This document shows positions 56,562 through 64,000 of a DNA stretch of 64,000 nucleotides, piece after piece (the stretch's first letter is position 1; the number at the start of each line of letters is the position of its first letter). The notes under the pieces are model-generated. The model made no database searches. It was not told where the DNA came from and saw only the letters and a list, made by a program, of their open reading frames with translations. The stretch lies in assembly GCF_009914755.1 (NCBI RefSeq), contig NC_060932.1; one strand, written 5' to 3'. Source of the DNA: the human T2T-CHM13v2.0 reference genome, Homo sapiens. The position numbers and the translations under genes are program-made.

Positions 56562-57983
56562 TGGAATATTTCCTGATTTTGATTTCAAGAAAGTCTGAGT
56601 ACTTGAGGTGCTTACCATGAAGTGATCTGAATGGAAGTTACAGAACTATTCTATTCTATTTCTTTATTATACATTTCTGCTCCCCTCCACAAATTTTTAG
56701 CCTTTCAGGAACATCAAAAAGTAATATACATAGAACAAAAATATTATAGCATGTAGGCCATGCCCTTCCTCACTCTTATACTGATTCTGACTCCCCTAGA
56801 GGTCCTTGCAAACACTGAGTGGTCAGTTGGGCTGGGTTCAATGCCAATGCCAAATCCAATACAGATAATTTCCTGCACTTGCACTTTGATTTCCTCACAC
56901 TGGAAGCTGACTCTGGTGATAAGAACAGTCTTGGCTACATTTAGGAAGTTTCAACATTTGATAAAAGTAGTGCTGATCCAACTTGTGCTACTCACCTTTC
57001 TTCCACTATTTTCCTGGCTTAAATCAGATCAAAAAGAGTTAGCATGCTCCAGTATTCTGCATCCCTCTGTTAAGGACAGAAATACTCTACATGTCAACAT
57101 GTAAATTTCTGCAATTGTTGAGGATTTGGAAGGTCTTTCAGCAATGACGAAGAAATTATCAGTCTTAAAGATTGTGGACTTTACTGGTAGTAAAACAGTA
57201 AGAAGCTATCCGCAGAACCATGAATTTAGACTTGCTAATAAAGTATGATTCTGAAGCACAAGAGGCACACCCAAATACCCCCAAACAGAGGAAGAACACA
57301 AAATATCTGCAAAATTACGGCAATCTAGGGCCATTTGATCCAGATGTTAATGGCTTGAGCGATGCAAGAGTCCCTGTATTAAAACACAGGTTGGTGTCTG
57401 ATATTCCTAATTCACCACTGTTTATTATCATCAAGGGACAGGGAAGCATATACTTCAGAAGATTTTAATAAAAATTGCTAAAGTAAAATGGATGGGCCTA
57501 TCTCCTCTGCCATACTAAAAACTATCTGACACTATTAATTCCTAGTAATATTAAATAAAGAGTATATTTTTATACTCTTTAAAGAATCGCTTTATTTTCT
57601 ATGCTGCTGAGTATTGTGTATAACATTCAAGATTTTGAAGAACGAATCACTCAACTATCTTGGATTTTTATGAGGGAATGCTGCTCAAGAATCATGCCTG
57701 ATTAAACCAGTTTTTTGATTTTGTAGAGATTTGCCTCTCCACCTAAGTAATGCAGGCCATATCACTGATGTATTCAATTCATTGACTAATGACTTGCACA
57801 CCTTCACTGATATTTTTTAGTAGTTGCTCTTGAGTAAATCTTACATGTGGTTTCCAGCAGCAACTATTCATTTCCTAAGCAGATAACCTTAAGACATAAT
57901 TGATATTTTATCTTAGAGGGTAAGAACTAAAAGACATTCCAGACTTATTGAGTAACCCAGCTTTTTAAATACAGAGATTTCAT

Positions 57984-58009
57984 ACACACACACACACACA
58001 CACACACAC
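57984..58009. repeat. (AC)13 microsatellite
   Basis: Seen directly. Confidence 0.95.
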
Positions 58010-58334
58010 GTTAATTCTTCTACTTTGAGGATACTATTACCAGTTCATTTAAAAATGACCAGGAGATCTTTGAGGTTTAATGGGGAAGGACTCTTTAAAG
58101 TCAAGCAACAGTCTTCCATGGAAAGCAAAATAAGTCAATCAGTTAATTTTAACATTGTCAAAGCTCTCAAAGAAGGAGGTATTTTCTAGGCAGACTGTTG
58201 AAGTGGTCATGTTTTTGGTTAATAAGTTCTTCTTTAGGTTGGACTTAAAACTTCTCCAGAAAAATTTAACTCAATTTTTACTCATTTCAACATCATTAGA
58301 GACAAAGAATAATTAGTCAATATTGTTGTAGAAT

Positions 58335-60140
<1,806 letters not shown>

Positions 60141-60141
60141 T

Positions 60142-60361
60142 AGACTGGGTGAGGTGGTTCATGCCTGTAATCCCAGCACTTTGGGGGGCCAAGGTGGGTG
60201 GATCCCTTCAGCCCAGGAGTTCGAGACCAACCTGACCAACATGGTGAAACCCCATCTTTACAAAAAATCAGCTAGGCATGGTAGTGTGTGTCAGTAGTCC
60301 CAGCTACTCACCACTGCACTCCAGCCTGGGTGATGGAGTGAGACCCTGTCTCAAAAAAAAA
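60142..60361 (+). mobile_element. AluJ/S with an internal deletion in the right arm
   Basis: 'cagctactca|ccactgcactcc' lacks about 60 nt; TSD aaagttttaaaa. Confidence 0.85.
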
Positions 60362-60409
60362 GTTTTAAAAACTAAAAGAAAAGGTTAAAAAAAAAAGAGA
60401 TAGATATGT

Positions 60410-60540
60410 ATTCAAATTACCCCCTTTTACAGGTAAATCAATAAAGGCACAAGCAGTAAAAGAACTTGCTTGAGATTATACTATTAGTTAAGAGCTAGTT
60501 AAAAAATAAGACTCAGGCCTCTGAATTTTCCACTATGCCA
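60410..60540 (-). mobile_element. MIR
   Basis: 'ccccttttacaggtaaa...aggcac...aagaacttgcttgagattata'. Confidence 0.55.
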
Positions 60541-61380
60541 CACTCCTTAAAATAAAATATTAAAATAAGCCATCACTACTGTTCCATCTCATACTGAGGG
60601 ATTAAAAAGATAGATACCTTTAAGCAGCTAAAAATCTAGTGGAGGATACATGGAATAAATATTAAGGGAAGAGGTGAGTAGTAAAGTTAGGTATCACACG
60701 ATTCTATCTTAAATATAATAAGAACTCAGTGAAAAATGCATAGACTTGTTTCTCACCAAATTCTACTGCAACATCTCAACAAATCCAAGGCAAATAAACC
60801 TCATTTATTACAGAATACCTGTAAGAAAGGGACCTCTTATCCAGATGCACAGACTTATCCCCAAATATCATCTATGCTTAGGATACCATATTATGGGTGG
60901 TAGGTTGACCACCAAGGGAAATGGATGGCTAATGATTACCAGATCCTACTATGTTACCTTTCCCCACCCTCCTCACGGCAAGCACAGCAACAGAAAACAT
61001 CCCAGAAAGTACAGGTCCTTTTCTTCACAGAAATAAACCACACACAACAAATCTATCCCATCAGAGGTGGAATTTATTTCCCACAGACTCTAGATTTAAA
61101 TTTATTACCACTGCAATCCATGGCTCAAAGGTGACAAAGGCATTGCTATAATACTCAGTTCTAGCTTAATAGTATAAACTTGGCAACCAAACACTGTAAA
61201 AGGATTGGAAAGTGGTGTTCTTTCTATACATCAGGCTGACTCAATTTGCAAGAGAGTGAGTTCCAGTAAGAAAGAATATCATTTGGATTCTGGCAAGGGT
61301 GATGGATTTTCAGGCTCTGTTTACCTGGCTCTGAAGATGATGAGGTTTTAAGATCTGAGGATGAAGATGAAAGGTTTTAT

Positions 61381-61440
61381 GATAGTTTTTTACATTTGGG
61401 AATAGCTTTTTACATTAGGGGCTAGTTTTTTACACTTATA
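61381..61440. repeat. 3 x 20-bp tandem repeat (core tagYtttttaca)
   Basis: gatagttttttacatttggg / aatagctttttacattaggg / gctagttttttacacttata. Confidence 0.85.
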
Positions 61441-62513
61441 TAGCTTAAATATTTGCTGAAATGTGTTTTTACTGGAATTCAACTTTTTCTGTTGCTGTCA
61501 ATAAAATATTTGCTTTTACTGCACTATGTGCATAACACTGAGATTCCATTAAACTTGTTTTGTTATGCTTTCTATCAGTTTTTCTAAAATATTTTATTGT
61601 ATTCATATGTAATGGTAACTTTTTAGGATTTCACACAAATTTATTATAATGTTGCTGGGTTTGTACTTTTATTTATATTTACTTTTCCTACATGTACTGG
61701 ATAGAAATTCACTCCTAAAAGTCATTTTATATTATGGTTCATTTTAAAAATTACCCATTATTTGTTTTATGTTACATGCTTGGTATGGAATTAAATTCAC
61801 CAGAAACTTGTCTTTTTTTGTCCGTTATTTTTCTGTAATATAGAAATGTAACTGTTCATTTTTTTTCAGAATGAATCGACTATCATAATCTTTCTGCAGC
61901 TTCTTCTTTTCTTATATGAACTCCATTTTAAAATCTCATTCATAATACATGCATGAGATAAAAAGTACTTAATTTCCCCCCAAAAAAACTTCCATATAAA
62001 AGTGAAATGCATCTGATATGACGGCATGACACTGGCATGGAGTGTTGCTGGCAGACACAAGGCTGATGGGGTTCTGGCACTAACACCAGGCTCCACCCCA
62101 GCCATCATCCCATCCTTTCACCCTCCTTCCTGTTTCTTGGTCTGTGCACTCACTATATGCTTTTTGTTGTTTTATTTTGCTTTTTGCCCAGAATGCCATT
62201 CATCTCATTCTCCACTTTATAATCTCTCTTTCAGTCTTTAAACTTAGCTCTAATATCATTTACTCCAAAGCCTTTACAGACTCCCCTAAGTAGTGACCTT
62301 TCCCTTTTTATGTTCCCAGAACACTTTTGAGCTCATTACTACAGAACTCATAAGGCTATACTGCAAATACATGCATATGTGTTTGTTTCCCTTGCTTGAC
62401 TGAAACACCTCACCTGGGAACCATGGGAAATTGCCTAACATGAAGCAGGTGACAAACTGAGCAGGCTTGATTCCTGACCATCCTAGCCATCAGCCTTCTG
62501 GGCTGGGCTATCA

Positions 62514-63409
62514 CAGTTGCACATTGCTTAACAATGGGGATACCTTCTGAGAAATAAATAATTAGACAATTTTGTTTTGTGATGATAGAGTATACTCACA
62601 CAAGACTAGAAGGTAGGGCTTACTACACACCTAGGCTATATGGTATAGCCCATTGCTCCTAAGCTACAAACTTGTACGCACGTTACTGCTTTGAATACTG
62701 TAGACAATGGTAACACAGTGGTAAGAAATACAGTGTTTGTGGCGATTCCTCAGGGAACTAGAACTAGAAATACCATTTGACCCAGCCATCCCATTACTGC
62801 GTATATACCCAAAGGATTATAAATCATGCTGCTATAAAGACACATGCAAATGTATGTTTATAGCAGCACTATTCACAATAGCAAAGACTTGGAACCAACC
62901 TAAATGTCCAACAACAATAGACTGGATTAAGAAAATGTGGCACATATACACCATGGAATACTATGCAGCCATAAAAAAATGATGAGTTCATGTCCTTTGT
63001 AGGGACATGGATGAAACTGGAAACTATCACATTCTCAGCAAACTATCGCAAGGACAAAAAACCAAACACCACATGTTCTCACTCATAGGTGGGAATTGAA
63101 CAATGAGAACACATGGACACAGGAAGGGGAACATCACACGCTGGGGACTGTTGTGGGGTGGGGGGAGGGCGGAGGGATAGCATTAGGAGATACACCTAAT
63201 GCTAAATGACGAGTTAATGGGTGCAGCACACCAACATGGCACATGTATACATATGTAACAAACCTGCACGTTGTGCACATGTACCCTAAAACTTAAAGTA
63301 TAATAATAATAAAATTTAAAAAAAGAAATAAAGTGTTATAATCTTATGAGACCAGCTTTGTACACCCAGTCCATTACTGGCCGAAACATTGTTATGTGGT
63401 TCCTGACTG
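62514..63409. mobile_element. Tigger3a/MER7A MITE split by a young L1
   Basis: 'gcttaacaatggggataccttctgagaaat...ctactacacacctaggctatatggtatagcc', resuming as 'ttataatcttatgagacc...ccgaaacattgttatgtggttcctgactg'. Confidence 0.88.
62738..63322 (+). mobile_element. 5'-truncated L1PA3/4-like 3' end
   Basis: Close to young L1 3'UTR ('gctaaatgacgagttaatgggtgcagcacaccaacatgg'); 15-bp TSD aagaaataMagtgtt. Confidence 0.94.
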
Positions 63410-64000
63410 CAGTTTTTGAAAAATAAGGACACATCTATTCTCATGGTTTAAGGAAAAGGCATGAGACAACAAAAAAGACTAGACATCATTTTTCTTTTTT
63501 CCAGCTCATCCAGGCATGACCTCTCGGGACTCCCATTTAGAGAGTAAGGACTGAGGAAAAAAAAGTCTGTGTTCCTTTAGCCATACAAAGGGTGGAACGA
63601 ACTTTTCTGGTAAGTGAATCTAGAGGGTAATCCCACTCACAGATCAACAGCTAAGAAAGGAATCCAGTGCCCCCAGCCAGTAGGGACCCCTTGAAAAACA
63701 CACTCTATGTTAAATGTTCAACATACTTTGCACATTAAGGATAGAATATCATCTCTTGGACCTTTAAAATCTGCACTGAAAAGGAAGGGCAGGAATGCAA
63801 TACTGGGCTTTCCTGACAAGAACCCTAAGATAACTATTGGGAATGAATGAAATATTTTGGGGATGTGCTTCCACATTTTCATACTTATGATAAAAATAAT
63901 AGTACAGTAATCCCATCAATATTAGTATATACATGCCACATGAATCAATTTTTAATAAAAGAAGTTTCTACCCCTTTTGACTGATAAACTTTAATAATTT

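Overview
Primate (very probably human) genomic DNA, AT-rich and dense in repeats, with no CpG island. The window lies inside a minus-strand gene I recognise as ZNF704 (C-clamp zinc-finger family, related to SLC2A4RG and ZNF395). The only coding exon I can support is the 242-nt ATG-bearing exon at 33193->32952; everything else appears intronic. About half of the window is transposon-derived: two long dead L1s, a two-LTR MST-type MaLR provirus, several solo LTRs, about 16 Alus, L2/MIR fragments, hAT and Tigger MITEs, and a processed HMGB1 pseudogene. Nearly all entries in the ORF track are repeat-derived or chance ORFs. I found no new protein-coding system. The best lead is a full-length L1PA5/6-like element with a twin-priming inversion 0.5 kb from the first coding exon. 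Its antisense promoter and ORF0 region point at that exon and carry a strong phase-0 splice donor that is in frame with ZNF704. Gene and repeat subfamily names come from remembered sequences, not from a database search.
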